A model generated the notes under the pieces. That model was not told where the DNA came from. It saw only the letters and a program-made list of their open reading frames with translations, and did not search any database. From IMG/VR virus record IMGVR_UViG_3300042505_000752, positions 32,001 to 96,000 of that record: DNA of 64,000 bases; one strand, written 5' to 3'. Of this stretch, positions 19,747 through 28,967 are shown in pieces (position 1 is the first letter of the stretch; each line of letters starts with the position of its first letter). A program made the position numbers and the translations under genes. The stretch comes from a virus.

Positions 19747-20523
19747 TTAGCGATAATCTGCGTGAGCATCTAAAAAGTTAATAAGTTTTTCTGCAATTGT
19801 GTCTCCATCGGTGGAAGGATCACTTCTTAGCCATTTAACAAATGCATACCAATGACCTTGCTGGTCAGCGTTATCAAAAACCAGAGTGTATTGAACTACT
19901 GCATTTCTAGTCCCCTGAGCGCCAATGCTTGTACTTCCGTTAGCGGCAACTTTCCTATCATCCACTGATTGAGATGGAACCAGTCTTGAACCCTCATCAG
20001 TATGCTCCACGGCATATTTGGGTGAGTTTTGCATTGGGTCTATTAATACTGGAGCGGTGTAACCGATTGTATTTTCTTGAGTCCGCTCAATGCGATTAAT
20101 TTGTTCGTTAATTGATGCCATTTCAAACATATCCCAACCTAAATCCTCAAGTAGTTCGGGGTAGATTTCATCAATATCCCCAAGCAATGATTTTAGGATG
20201 GATGGGTCCGTGTACCCAAGTTCGTTCGTTCTGTTGTCGGCAAGTGCAAAAGCAATAGCCCTATTATCGTCTACCTCGTATTGCACGGCAGCAATATGCG
20301 TCCAACCTAGTTTTTGAGCGGCTTGAAACTGGTGATTACCAGCAATAACCGTCATTGTTCCGTCCTCATTCGGGCGAACAACAATTGGCTTTAGTTGACC
20401 AAATTCCCTATACGAAGCAATGATTGCGTCTAAGTTTCCCTTGCGAGGGTTATTTGGTAATGGGATTAGTTTTTCTATATCAACTAGCAAATTAGTTAGT
20501 GATGCGTCAACTTGATAATCCAT
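19747..20523 (-). CDS. ParB/Srx N-terminal domain protein
   Basis: PNNPRKGN...SYREFGQLKPIVV...VIAGNH..QAAQKLGW, ALADNRT. Confidence 0.85.
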   Translation of the reverse strand: MDYQVDASLTNLLVDIEKLIPLPNNPRKGNLDAIIASYREFGQLKPIVVRPNEDGTMTVIAGNHQFQAAQKLGWTHIAAVQYEVDDNRAIAFALADNRTNELGYTDPSILKSLLGDIDEIYPELLEDLGWDMFEMASINEQINRIERTQENTIGYTAPVLIDPMQNSPKYAVEHTDEGSRLVPSQSVDDRKVAANGSTSIGAQGTRNAVVQYTLVFDNADQQGHWYAFVKWLRSDPSTDGDTIAEKLINFLDAHADYR

Positions 20524-20537
20524 AATTTCTCCTTAGG

Positions 20538-20894
20538 TTATGGCATTGTCTGTGCACGGACATTAGCGGCTAGCGTGCGTAGGGCATCAATGCTTGTGCG
20601 TAACGAATGAAGGCGTTCTCGTTTGCTCTTCACTAATGCTTCGCTAATTTTATATTGCATTATTAAATCCTGCAATTTATAATCAGCCCATGCTTCTCGT
20701 TCTTTGATTGATCCTTTTGCGCCAAGGTATTCTTTAGCCCATGAAGACTTCATGTTTGCGTCTTTGATAGCGGCATCTTGCGCTAAGGTTTCAAAATTTT
20801 CTGTTTCATTTTCTAGTAAGCCAGTGAGCCGAAGAATTTCTTCTTCTACTTCAATCTGACTAATCGGTCTGTTTCTGTTCAATTTTTCCTCCAA
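20538..20894 (-). CDS. Coiled-coil hypothetical protein, possibly UvsY-like recombination mediator
   Basis: Helical heptads, KEREAWAD segment; next to RuvC. The family call is weak. Confidence 0.35.
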   Translation of the reverse strand: MEEKLNRNRPISQIEVEEEILRLTGLLENETENFETLAQDAAIKDANMKSSWAKEYLGAKGSIKEREAWADYKLQDLIMQYKISEALVKSKRERLHSLRTSIDALRTLAANVRAQTMP

Positions 20895-21399
20895 TAGTAG
20901 ACCAGTCTATTTTCTGTAGACTGTCAATGCTTTCCTTGCCCCATTTATATCTGGGTCGTCCTAGGACATATAAACCCATTTCTTCAAGAATCCATGCATC
21001 ACACATATCATCAGCACCCTTACCAGCCCAAACAATTCCTGTTTTTGCCGATATTGATGAGACTACTTCATTTTTTGAAGCATTGCCACGACCTGTAGCA
21101 AATTTTGCTCTACAAGTCGGAGGTACTACCGCAAATGGTATTTCTAGATTATGTAGACATAAGCGGATTGCCCCACCTAATTCACCGATTGAAAATGCCT
21201 GCCCACTACGGCTTGCAAAAGAGTATCCCTCAAGCACAACCAATGGTTCATTTATTTCAGATAACAATTTCGTGAATTCGTTTACTATATCACTCAAGCG
21301 TTGAGTGTCTTTTGATTTAACAGCAATTACTCCCTGTTTATTGTCACATGCCCATCCCGTGGATGTTAGCGAAATATCTAGACCAATTACTGATTTCAT
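20860..21399 (-). CDS. RuvC-like Holliday junction resolvase
   Basis: VIGLDISLTSTGW, VVLEGYSF, IGELGG, KFATGRGNASK, DDMCDAWIL catalytic acidic set. Confidence 0.88.
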   Translation of the reverse strand: MKSVIGLDISLTSTGWACDNKQGVIAVKSKDTQRLSDIVNEFTKLLSEINEPLVVLEGYSFASRSGQAFSIGELGGAIRLCLHNLEIPFAVVPPTCRAKFATGRGNASKNEVVSSISAKTGIVWAGKGADDMCDAWILEEMGLYVLGRPRYKWGKESIDSLQKIDWSTIGGKIEQKQTD

Positions 21400-21462
21400 T
21401 TTTTTAGTCTACTTGGTTGTGATTTTTCTAGCGGACGATAAAATAATTGTTCGGAGGGCGTA

Positions 21463-21810
21463 ATGACACTAAGCAATGAAGCAAGAAGAGAACGAAGCAA
21501 GCAAGCGCAAGTAAATCGCATGGGGTATAGAAACCTGCCAGTTATATATGGCTCAAAGACTCATATGGTTCTTGAATTTGCCAAATTTTTCAACCGACCC
21601 GTTACAAACAGGGAAGTCTTTGAGTTTTCTCCACGATTTAAGGAAATCAGAGAAGTAACAGACGGATTTAACGACCTCAGAGTAAGAGGATTGGCAGTAA
21701 GAGTTGGGGACAAGCATCAAATCACAAAACTTGGCATTGATGTCTTGTACCTATGTGCCAGAATACATGTAGAAAAAACATCTTCTTACACAAGAAGCGT
21801 TAAATATTAA
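21463..21810 (+). CDS. Hypothetical protein, possible winged helix
   Basis: LRVRGLAVRVGDKHQITKLG resembles a wHTH wing. Confidence 0.4.
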   Translation: MTLSNEARRERSKQAQVNRMGYRNLPVIYGSKTHMVLEFAKFFNRPVTNREVFEFSPRFKEIREVTDGFNDLRVRGLAVRVGDKHQITKLGIDVLYLCARIHVEKTSSYTRSVKY

Positions 21811-21874
21811 CTGGTGGCTATAAACCTATTTGCTATAATTTACTTGTCCGCCTAACACGACAAAGGAAAAAAAA

Positions 21875-22225
21875 ATGGCAACAGGAGTTTTAGCCCCATC
21901 AACAATTACCCTGACAATTCCGGGTACCCTCAGTGCTTCAAGCATTGTCACCGCAGCAATGCCCTTCAATGGCACAATCACTGGCGCTTATGTTGCAGTG
22001 ACTACCGCTCCCGCAGGTTCGGCGCTTACCGCTGACCTCAAAGTTGGTTCTGCCGTTGCCGCTGCTTTTTCAATTGCCGCTGCAGGAACTTCAGATGAAG
22101 GTACTTTGAATGCCGCGAATGTCAAGTTTGACAAGGGTGCCCTCATTAGCCTTGATGTTGCAACGGTTGGTTCAGGTACCGCTGGTTCAAACATTACGGT
22201 TGCATTCACAGTTATTGAAGGCTGA
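21875..22225 (+). CDS. Small beta-rich Ala/Thr/Gly protein, probable capsid decoration / structural protein
   Basis: TGCTATAAT at 21831-21839, strong RBS (AAAGGAAA); composition typical of decoration proteins. Confidence 0.45.
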   Translation: MATGVLAPSTITLTIPGTLSASSIVTAAMPFNGTITGAYVAVTTAPAGSALTADLKVGSAVAAAFSIAAAGTSDEGTLNAANVKFDKGALISLDVATVGSGTAGSNITVAFTVIEG

Positions 22226-22229
22226 TAAA

Positions 22230-22547
22230 TCAGTCCCAAGAATGTTTGGCTAAACCGAGGTCAAATGCTAATTGGGGATTATTCCCGATTCGTGTGTGAC
22301 ATTCACGGCATACTGCCATCAAATTAGATTCGTCAAGGATAGACCCACCTTGAGAGCGTCGGACTAGTTCGTGAATGTCTCTACTAGGGCGACGAATATA
22401 AACCATAAGATTGTCATGTTCTGCAAAAACTGGACATGCTTCACACCAACGCCGTTCCTCTAGTAATTTTTTTACTAGAGGAACTCGTTGTTTATACAGT
22501 TCTTCAGTTTTTTTAGAACGCTTTTTTATTGGTTTTCGGGGTTTCAT
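22230..22547 (-). CDS. HNH endonuclease (NinG-like)
   Basis: CEAC...DIHE...GGS..DESNLMAVCRECH. Confidence 0.8.
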   Translation of the reverse strand: MKPRKPIKKRSKKTEELYKQRVPLVKKLLEERRWCEACPVFAEHDNLMVYIRRPSRDIHELVRRSQGGSILDESNLMAVCRECHTRIGNNPQLAFDLGLAKHSWD

Positions 22548-22556
22548 GACTTAATG

Positions 22557-23066
22557 TCAGTCATCAATGACATCTTCAGCCCTAATTGTGTTGAATGTCC
22601 ACTTACCTTCAAGTGATGCCCATAAAGCCTCATCAATTGAAGTCGGTTCAATATCATATAACTCAATAAGCGCTTTATGTTTTTTGATAGCGTTTTCGTA
22701 AAGCATTACATTTTGACTTGGGTCATTCTGAATTGTTCCAGTTTTGATCATTAATTCAACTTCATCAAGCCTTCGCTCAACATGAAATTTAAATCTTTCA
22801 ATCTTGCTAGAACGAGCGGAATAGGCAGACATTGCTTCTGCAAGCAATTTTGCACCATCAGCGCCGAGTGCTTCATATCTTTTTTTGTCAGACTCAGAAT
22901 CAAAATAAATTGCATCTAATTGCTCAGATAAACTTAAACTCAAACTAATTAAAGAGCGTTTCCAACGATCCCAGTTTTCTTTTTCTGTAAGAATGCTTCT
23001 TTGTGATTTAGAAACTTTATTTTTTACTTCTTCTGCCACAAGACGCGCAAATGCATCATCGTTCAT
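22557..23066 (-). CDS. Helical hypothetical protein
   Basis: Clean 169-aa ORF in the recombination operon. Confidence 0.55.
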   Translation of the reverse strand: MNDDAFARLVAEEVKNKVSKSQRSILTEKENWDRWKRSLISLSLSLSEQLDAIYFDSESDKKRYEALGADGAKLLAEAMSAYSARSSKIERFKFHVERRLDEVELMIKTGTIQNDPSQNVMLYENAIKKHKALIELYDIEPTSIDEALWASLEGKWTFNTIRAEDVIDD

Positions 23067-23078
23067 AACTTCCCTTAT

Positions 23079-23831
23079 CTATTTAGTCCAAGACGGACAG
23101 ATTTTCTTAAAATTACACCAATTACAAAGAGGACCTGTTTTTGTTGGAAAATTTTCATCTTCGCAGTACTGGTCAATTAAGGACTTAGTTTTAACAATCT
23201 TATCAACTGTTGTTTTTACTATATCCTGAGTTACTGGAGTTGTAAGGACTTTTGGTCCAGTGAGATAAATTAAAGAAACTGTCTCAGTTTCCCCAACGCC
23301 CAACTCCTGTAACATTGCCGCATATATGAAAAGTTGCAAAAACTTATCATCCATATAGCGTTTATCAGGTATCTTGCCTGTTTTGTAATCCTCAATAATA
23401 AGCGACCCATTGTCAGACTTCTTAAATCTGTCAATAAATCCCTTGACGGTTACGCCTTCAATTGAACCATATACTTCGCGTTCAACATCAACAAGATTGG
23501 TGTCTTGTGGATCTTCAAGTTTCCACAGATTCTCTACGCACCACCATGCTTTCCAGCGAAACTCACGACCATTTAATCTTAGTTTGCTAGTTTCAGCCTC
23601 GTAATACTCTTCCCATTTCAATCGCGCTAACCCTTTAGCCATATCAATTGTTCGTTCATTTGATGGCAAAAGGTATAACGCTTCAAGAATGTCGTGGACA
23701 AAGTTTCCAAGAAGAGTATGGACTGTTGGCGGTTCCATCATTCCATCAATTTTATTAAACTTAAATTTTAATGGACATTGATGAAATGTGTTAATTGATG
23801 ATGGCGATAAGTGTGGGGGTGCTACAAGCAT
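23079..23831 (-). CDS. PD-(D/E)XK RecB/Cas4-like exonuclease with 4-Cys cluster
   Basis: LSPSSINTFHQCP, GFIDR...IEDYKTG, QLFIYA, GPLCNWCNFKKICP. Confidence 0.88.
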   Translation of the reverse strand: MLVAPPHLSPSSINTFHQCPLKFKFNKIDGMMEPPTVHTLLGNFVHDILEALYLLPSNERTIDMAKGLARLKWEEYYEAETSKLRLNGREFRWKAWWCVENLWKLEDPQDTNLVDVEREVYGSIEGVTVKGFIDRFKKSDNGSLIIEDYKTGKIPDKRYMDDKFLQLFIYAAMLQELGVGETETVSLIYLTGPKVLTTPVTQDIVKTTVDKIVKTKSLIDQYCEDENFPTKTGPLCNWCNFKKICPSWTK

Positions 23832-24502
23832 TATTCTGCGCTGTCAACAAACTCTGGAGAAATAGTCCCACCAAGATGAATGCGAAGTGCTTCTACTGTA
23901 AGAACTTCTAGTTCTTTAATAGTAAATTCGCTTGGCTTAGGGATTGCTCGTCCATCGCTCCATGTTGACCAGTAAGCGCGCAAGTCTTTAACTTGGTCCT
24001 CGGTGAGAAGGTCTCTGATTTCCTTGAAACGATTGTACTTATCAACAACTGGGTCAATTTGCACTTCTGCGTGAATTACTTCATCCATTTCAATTGCATC
24101 AGCATCACGAGCAAGGTATAGACCTACTCCAAGATGTTGGCATGCCTTTTTAAGTGCGTCAGAAACGGCACCCTTAAATTCATCACCTAGGTCAAGAATA
24201 TCGCCACTCTTAGTGCGCTTGATCTTGGTTCCACCAAATCCAGCATGGGAAGTATGGAACATAGATGTGGCACCTTCGTCATAAACATCAACACGAACAT
24301 GTGCAATTACCCATTCAGGGTCATTCTTGTCTCGTTCGCAAGATACAACAGTATGCGACCATCCACATGGTCCAAATATCCTGTTCATTCGTGTAATAAC
24401 TTCCGAAATAGGAATATAGGTAAGGCTTGCCCCACCTTTTTTGACTTGGCGTTCCATTTCTATTGGGAATGGATCAGATAGTTTTTCGTATAAGTTTTCC
24501 AT
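23831..24502 (-). CDS. Rad52/Rad22 (Sak-like) single-strand annealing protein
   Basis: LTYIPISEVITRMNRIFG..GWS, KGAVSDALKKACQHLGVGLYL. Confidence 0.85.
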   Translation of the reverse strand: MENLYEKLSDPFPIEMERQVKKGGASLTYIPISEVITRMNRIFGPCGWSHTVVSCERDKNDPEWVIAHVRVDVYDEGATSMFHTSHAGFGGTKIKRTKSGDILDLGDEFKGAVSDALKKACQHLGVGLYLARDADAIEMDEVIHAEVQIDPVVDKYNRFKEIRDLLTEDQVKDLRAYWSTWSDGRAIPKPSEFTIKELEVLTVEALRIHLGGTISPEFVDSAE

Positions 24503-24505
24503 GAT

Positions 24506-25033
24506 TTATTTACCCTTCCTTAGTGAGATACTTGGTTCTGCTTCGCCTGACTGACAGTAGTCGTCGGCATTTACTCCAATATTTGATAATGCTGTTACTC
24601 GCCAATATGACGGCTGAACATAGTCAAGCAGTGCAGTAATCATTTCTTTTGTAGAAAGTACTCGCTCGCCTGTATCCATGTCAATAGCAAGCGACTCAAT
24701 TTTTTCCGAAACTACATCTGCCAAATCTTTATGCTTCCATGCTTTTCGGTTCTTGTCCCATTTTTTTTCAATGGTGTCACCCGACGGAAGAACGACCATT
24801 TCTGTTTCGGTCATTTCTTTTAGCAAATGATGAGTCAAGGAGTTATAAATAATTGACAATTGAGTTTTAAAGTTTGAAATCTCAACAGCCATTTCACACC
24901 AATTTTCCAGTGTAATTTGGCTTTCTTCTGGGCTTTTTTCTTTTAATGACTGAATAAAATCATCAAGAAGAAGAATTGCAGATTGGAAATCACCAAAATG
25001 CGAAGCCTTGCCTGTTTCGTTAGTATCTTGCAT
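24506..25033 (-). CDS. Hypothetical protein
   Basis: Clean 175-aa ORF with RBS (AGGAGAAAA). Confidence 0.6.
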   Translation of the reverse strand: MQDTNETGKASHFGDFQSAILLLDDFIQSLKEKSPEESQITLENWCEMAVEISNFKTQLSIIYNSLTHHLLKEMTETEMVVLPSGDTIEKKWDKNRKAWKHKDLADVVSEKIESLAIDMDTGERVLSTKEMITALLDYVQPSYWRVTALSNIGVNADDYCQSGEAEPSISLRKGK

Positions 25034-25058
25034 TTTTCTCCTAGTAAATAGTTATGTA

Positions 25059-26363
25059 CTAGAGGATTATAGTCGCTCTACCCCTTTGAGGCAACCCCAA
25101 ACCTGTTAAATGCGTAAATGCTCCTACGGCAGAGTCAACTTGGTCATCGTGGTTGCAAGCCTCGGGAAAAGATGCAAATTCGTCTAGCCAGTCTGTAAGC
25201 CAAGCGCCCCTGACCAGACGGACATTGCCATTCGCTACAGCGGCGGCGAATGGGCGAGCACGCGTAACTTTGTCGCCAGTTGCCCTTATTCCCATGAAGT
25301 CGTAACCTGGTAATACATATCGGGCATATTGGTCAATTAGAGCCTTTCCTGACGAACCAGGTTCCTGCTCCATTCTGATAGTTACCGCATTACCATCTTC
25401 ATAGGCTGTTTGTGCAATTAATTGTTCTACTTTTTCGCCTTTAACTCTGGCTTTCTTTACATCTAATATGTAACTTATACCCGAATCAAATAAAATTAAT
25501 GTACCAACGGTCCAGTCGGGGTCTGGGTTGCTATGTGATGGTTCAGTCGCGGCGCAGTCCCAGAACCTAACAGCGCGAGCATTAGAGGCGATCTGAGGCA
25601 CCTCGTGGGGGTCAATAATGACAAAGTTCTCTCGGTCAAACAATGTTCCGAGTGAGGTCGTAAACCAGTCGCCCTCTTCTAGCCTGCGACGCTCAATGGG
25701 GTCCAAAGCCTGCAATGCCTGCCGATATGACTCAGCGTCAATGCCGGGGTTGTCGTGGAGTTTAGAAGGGACGAAGATCCGCCCAGTTTCCATTCCTTCA
25801 ACGATGAATCTTTGGCGAACCCAATTGGGTGCTGGGTTGGATGCTGACCTCATTCTTAGCGGAACCTGCGCCAAAGCGCCTTTTGCTGGACGGCGGAGAC
25901 GCGAGAACATATACCGATAGTCGGATTCTCGGATTTCGGTAACTTCGTCCATGCCAATAAATTGAAATTCAGCACCCTTGTAGCGAAGGTAGTCCTGCTG
26001 GTTATTTAGGTATCCAAACGATATGCGAGCGCCAGAAGGGAAAACAGCAGTATAGTTATTAGCATTCCACCTAACATTGTCATAGTTCGCCACCCAAGAT
26101 TGGAATCTGTCCATGATTGCACCAGGGAGCGCAAGGTCGGCATATGTCCTACGGAAAAGAATGGCTGAATAATTTGGGATATCAACATACTGTAGGGCAG
26201 ACATTAATAGAGCCGAACTTTTACCTCCGCCAGCCGCTCCTCCAAAAAGTGCTTCTAGAGCGTAAGTCCGAAGAAAAACCTTCTGAGTCAAGGAAGGCTC
26301 CTCAGGGCAAAACTCAGACATTTTTGGTTCTAAATATTTTAGAATTGATTCCCAGTCAGTCAT
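25059..26363 (-). CDS. Terminase large subunit
   Basis: GGAAGGGKS Walker A, FIGMDEVT Walker B, ASNP, FWDCAAT, HDDQVDS nuclease motifs; start at ATG 26363 (MTDWESIL) preferred. Confidence 0.93.
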   Translation of the reverse strand: MTDWESILKYLEPKMSEFCPEEPSLTQKVFLRTYALEALFGGAAGGGKSSALLMSALQYVDIPNYSAILFRRTYADLALPGAIMDRFQSWVANYDNVRWNANNYTAVFPSGARISFGYLNNQQDYLRYKGAEFQFIGMDEVTEIRESDYRYMFSRLRRPAKGALAQVPLRMRSASNPAPNWVRQRFIVEGMETGRIFVPSKLHDNPGIDAESYRQALQALDPIERRRLEEGDWFTTSLGTLFDRENFVIIDPHEVPQIASNARAVRFWDCAATEPSHSNPDPDWTVGTLILFDSGISYILDVKKARVKGEKVEQLIAQTAYEDGNAVTIRMEQEPGSSGKALIDQYARYVLPGYDFMGIRATGDKVTRARPFAAAVANGNVRLVRGAWLTDWLDEFASFPEACNHDDQVDSAVGAFTHLTGLGLPQRGRATIIL

Positions 26364-26394
26364 ACCGTTCCCTCGTAGATCATAAGATACATTA

Positions 26395-26601
26395 GTGTTG
26401 ACCAAAGCCTCAGAGGTACATGTGAAAAATTTTCTATTAAAATTTAAAGGCAAACCATGGCGCACAATGGCTGCGGACACTTTAATGATAACATTTATAG
26501 TGCTTACAAGTATTGGAGCATACATGATAGCACCGCCAGTTGGACTAATTACTGGCGGCGCATGTTGTGGCTTATACGGCTTTCTTTTGGGGTCTGAATA
26601 A
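26395..26601 (+). CDS. Small membrane protein upstream of portal
   Basis: Two hydrophobic segments; this position before the portal is common in HK97-type heads. Confidence 0.5.
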   Translation: MLTKASEVHVKNFLLKFKGKPWRTMAADTLMITFIVLTSIGAYMIAPPVGLITGGACCGLYGFLLGSE

Positions 26602-26603
26602 AT

Positions 26604-28874
26604 ATGGCTTGGAATTCACGAAACACCAAGGGACTAAATTCATCTGAATCAAAGGCCGCCTCGCTCGGTCCTGGCGCTCCTGTCGCACAAAACCCCTCCA
26701 TGATCGGTAGGGGTTATAAGGATTCATGGGATATTGAGCGTGCATACCGAGAGGGAATGCAAAAAGTAACTTGGGTGTCGCGTTGCATTGATGCAATTTC
26801 AGGCAACCAAGCACGACTTCCAGTTATTTTACGAAAAGATAATAGTCCTAGTGGTGAAATTTTTACAAAAAAGCATGAGATTTTAACCCTTCTTAATACA
26901 AAAGCAAATATTGGCGAAAACTCATTTATTTTTAGGTATCGTTTATCTAGCCAACTTTTAATGTCAAGCCGTGGCGTTTTCATTGAGAAAATTCGCGGGC
27001 GTGATGGACGGTTAATTGCACTCAACTTACTCCCACCGCAACACACTTCCCCGATCCCAGACGCTAAGAAGTTTGTCTCTGGGTATGAAGTATTGATGCC
27101 AAACGGTGGAAAAATAATCATTCCCCCAGACGATGTGACATGGATTCGTCGCCCCCATCCTCTTGACCCTTATTTGTCAATGACACCAATGGAATCCGCT
27201 GGTATTGCCATTGAAGTAGAAAACCTAGCAAAGTTATATAACCGAAACTTCCTGCTCAATGACGGTAGACCAGGTGGTCTTTTAGTTCTTCGTTCTGAAA
27301 TTGATGACGACGACAAGGATGAACTTAGAAGCCGTTTCCGTGGAAATATTAACAAGACGGGTTCAATTACGGTTATTTCATCAGACGATGGCGCTGACTA
27401 TATTGACACCTCGTCTAGCCCTCGCGATGCCAGTTACATTGAAATGCGTCAAATAACCAAGGAAGAAATCCTTGCCGCATTTGGTGTTCCAGAATCCGTC
27501 ATCGGAAACGCCGCTGGACGAACTTTTAATAACGCCGCCGAAGAACTTCGTGTTTTCTGGATGGAAACAATGATGCCCCACCTTGAGCAAATTGCTCGGG
27601 CATTAGATGAATTAGACGAAGAATACTACATTGACTTTGAAACTGGGAATATTCCAATCCTAATTATCGCCAAGCAAGAGCGTGAGCGATACAGCAAAGA
27701 TGAATTCCAAACTGGTCTTATCAGTATTAATGAATATCGGACCGCCACTGGACGAAAGACCGTAGAGTCAGATATTGCCGACAGTCTCCTCCTGTCCCCG
27801 AACCTTGCCCCAGTTGCAAATACAGAGAAGCCTTTTGATGCCGCTCAGGTTCAGCCTGTTGATATGGCTGGTGGTCAACCTGGTGCCCAACCTGGTGCCC
27901 CTGCTGGTCCTCCAGGCTTACCTATGCTCGGTTCTGAGCCACCGCCAGAAGGAGAGCCTATGGTTGGCGAGGCGACCCCAGTGGGCGAACCAGGTCCAAC
28001 TGACCAAATCGCACCAGGTGCCTCGCCGGGGCAAGAAATTGAAGGAATTGCACCTGTCGCCAACGCGGCACCGGGTCAACTTTCCGCTCGTCATGGAAGA
28101 TTTGAAGTCAAAACAGAGAATCAAGCACTTGATGCTTGGGATGTCAAGGCTGAGCAAACTACAGAACGATGGTCAGAAATTCTTGATCGTAACTTAGAGC
28201 GTTATTTTGAAAGACAACAAAGGGTTGTTTTAGAGAAGGCTCTAGGTGCAAAGGCGCGCAAGTTGATGAGTTCTCGTGAATTGAAAACAGAGGATGTTTT
28301 TGATACTCCTGTCTGGAATAGGCAAATTGCCGACGACCTTGGTCCTGTCTATTTAGCAATTCTCCAAGATGCTTCTGAAATTTCACTAGGTGACTCTCAA
28401 AGTAGTAAAGAATTAGATGAGCAACTTGTTAAAGAGTACATTGCACAGCAAGTTGAGCGAACACAAAAGGTCAACGACACGACCAAAGAGGAAATTGCGG
28501 CTGCTTTACTAGTTGCCATGGCAATTGCCAACGAGGACGAATCTGACAGAATGAGCCTATTACGGGCAGCGTTAGCCGCTATTTTCGCTAACTTACTTGG
28601 CAAGCGTCGTCGCGTAATTGCCGAGCATGAGGCTTCTTCGGCTTTTAACGCTGGTACTTACTTTGCTGGTAAGCAGTTAGGTAAGTCTTCAAAGACTTGG
28701 ATTACTCGCCGTGACCAGAAGGTTAGGTCTGAGCACACAATTCTTCATGGCAAGAGTATTCCCCTTGGTGAAGGTTTTATGGAAGATGGCGCTTTATTGA
28801 GGTTCCCTGGTGACCCTACCGCTCCGCTTCATTTGACTATCAACTGCCGATGCAGACTGAAATTCAATAACTGA
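26604..28874 (+). CDS. HK97-family portal protein fused through a Pro/Gly linker to a MuF (gpF) minor head domain
   Basis: VSRCIDAIS, GMTP-like SMTPMES, NDGRPGGLL, AFGVPES; C-terminal KTWITRRDQKVRSEH...FPGDP...INCRC MuF signature. Confidence 0.9.
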   Translation: MAWNSRNTKGLNSSESKAASLGPGAPVAQNPSMIGRGYKDSWDIERAYREGMQKVTWVSRCIDAISGNQARLPVILRKDNSPSGEIFTKKHEILTLLNTKANIGENSFIFRYRLSSQLLMSSRGVFIEKIRGRDGRLIALNLLPPQHTSPIPDAKKFVSGYEVLMPNGGKIIIPPDDVTWIRRPHPLDPYLSMTPMESAGIAIEVENLAKLYNRNFLLNDGRPGGLLVLRSEIDDDDKDELRSRFRGNINKTGSITVISSDDGADYIDTSSSPRDASYIEMRQITKEEILAAFGVPESVIGNAAGRTFNNAAEELRVFWMETMMPHLEQIARALDELDEEYYIDFETGNIPILIIAKQERERYSKDEFQTGLISINEYRTATGRKTVESDIADSLLLSPNLAPVANTEKPFDAAQVQPVDMAGGQPGAQPGAPAGPPGLPMLGSEPPPEGEPMVGEATPVGEPGPTDQIAPGASPGQEIEGIAPVANAAPGQLSARHGRFEVKTENQALDAWDVKAEQTTERWSEILDRNLERYFERQQRVVLEKALGAKARKLMSSRELKTEDVFDTPVWNRQIADDLGPVYLAILQDASEISLGDSQSSKELDEQLVKEYIAQQVERTQKVNDTTKEEIAAALLVAMAIANEDESDRMSLLRAALAAIFANLLGKRRRVIAEHEASSAFNAGTYFAGKQLGKSSKTWITRRDQKVRSEHTILHGKSIPLGEGFMEDGALLRFPGDPTAPLHLTINCRCRLKFNN

Positions 28875-28904
28875 CTTTACTGAAAGTCGTACTTTACTGA
28901 AAGT
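28875..28904. repeat. Direct repeat of the quasi-palindrome CTTTACTGAAAGT (2 copies, 17-bp period)
   Basis: Copies at 28875-28887 and 28892-28904; a third at 29105-29117; TTTACTGAAAG at 62758-62768. Confidence 0.6.
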
Positions 28905-28967
28905 ACCTTCCACTAGCAGTACCCCTATTGCGTTTATGATTAGTGTGTTAGTTACATGAGGTGAAAA

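Noticed and set aside
23079-23831. Cas4-like nuclease as evidence of a CRISPR-Cas system
   Set aside because: No repeat-spacer array or other cas genes seen in the window; the gene is paired with a Sak-like annealase, as in ordinary phage recombination modules
28875-28904. Direct repeats as a mini-CRISPR array
   Set aside because: The 13-bp unit with a 4-bp gap is far too short for CRISPR repeat/spacer geometry
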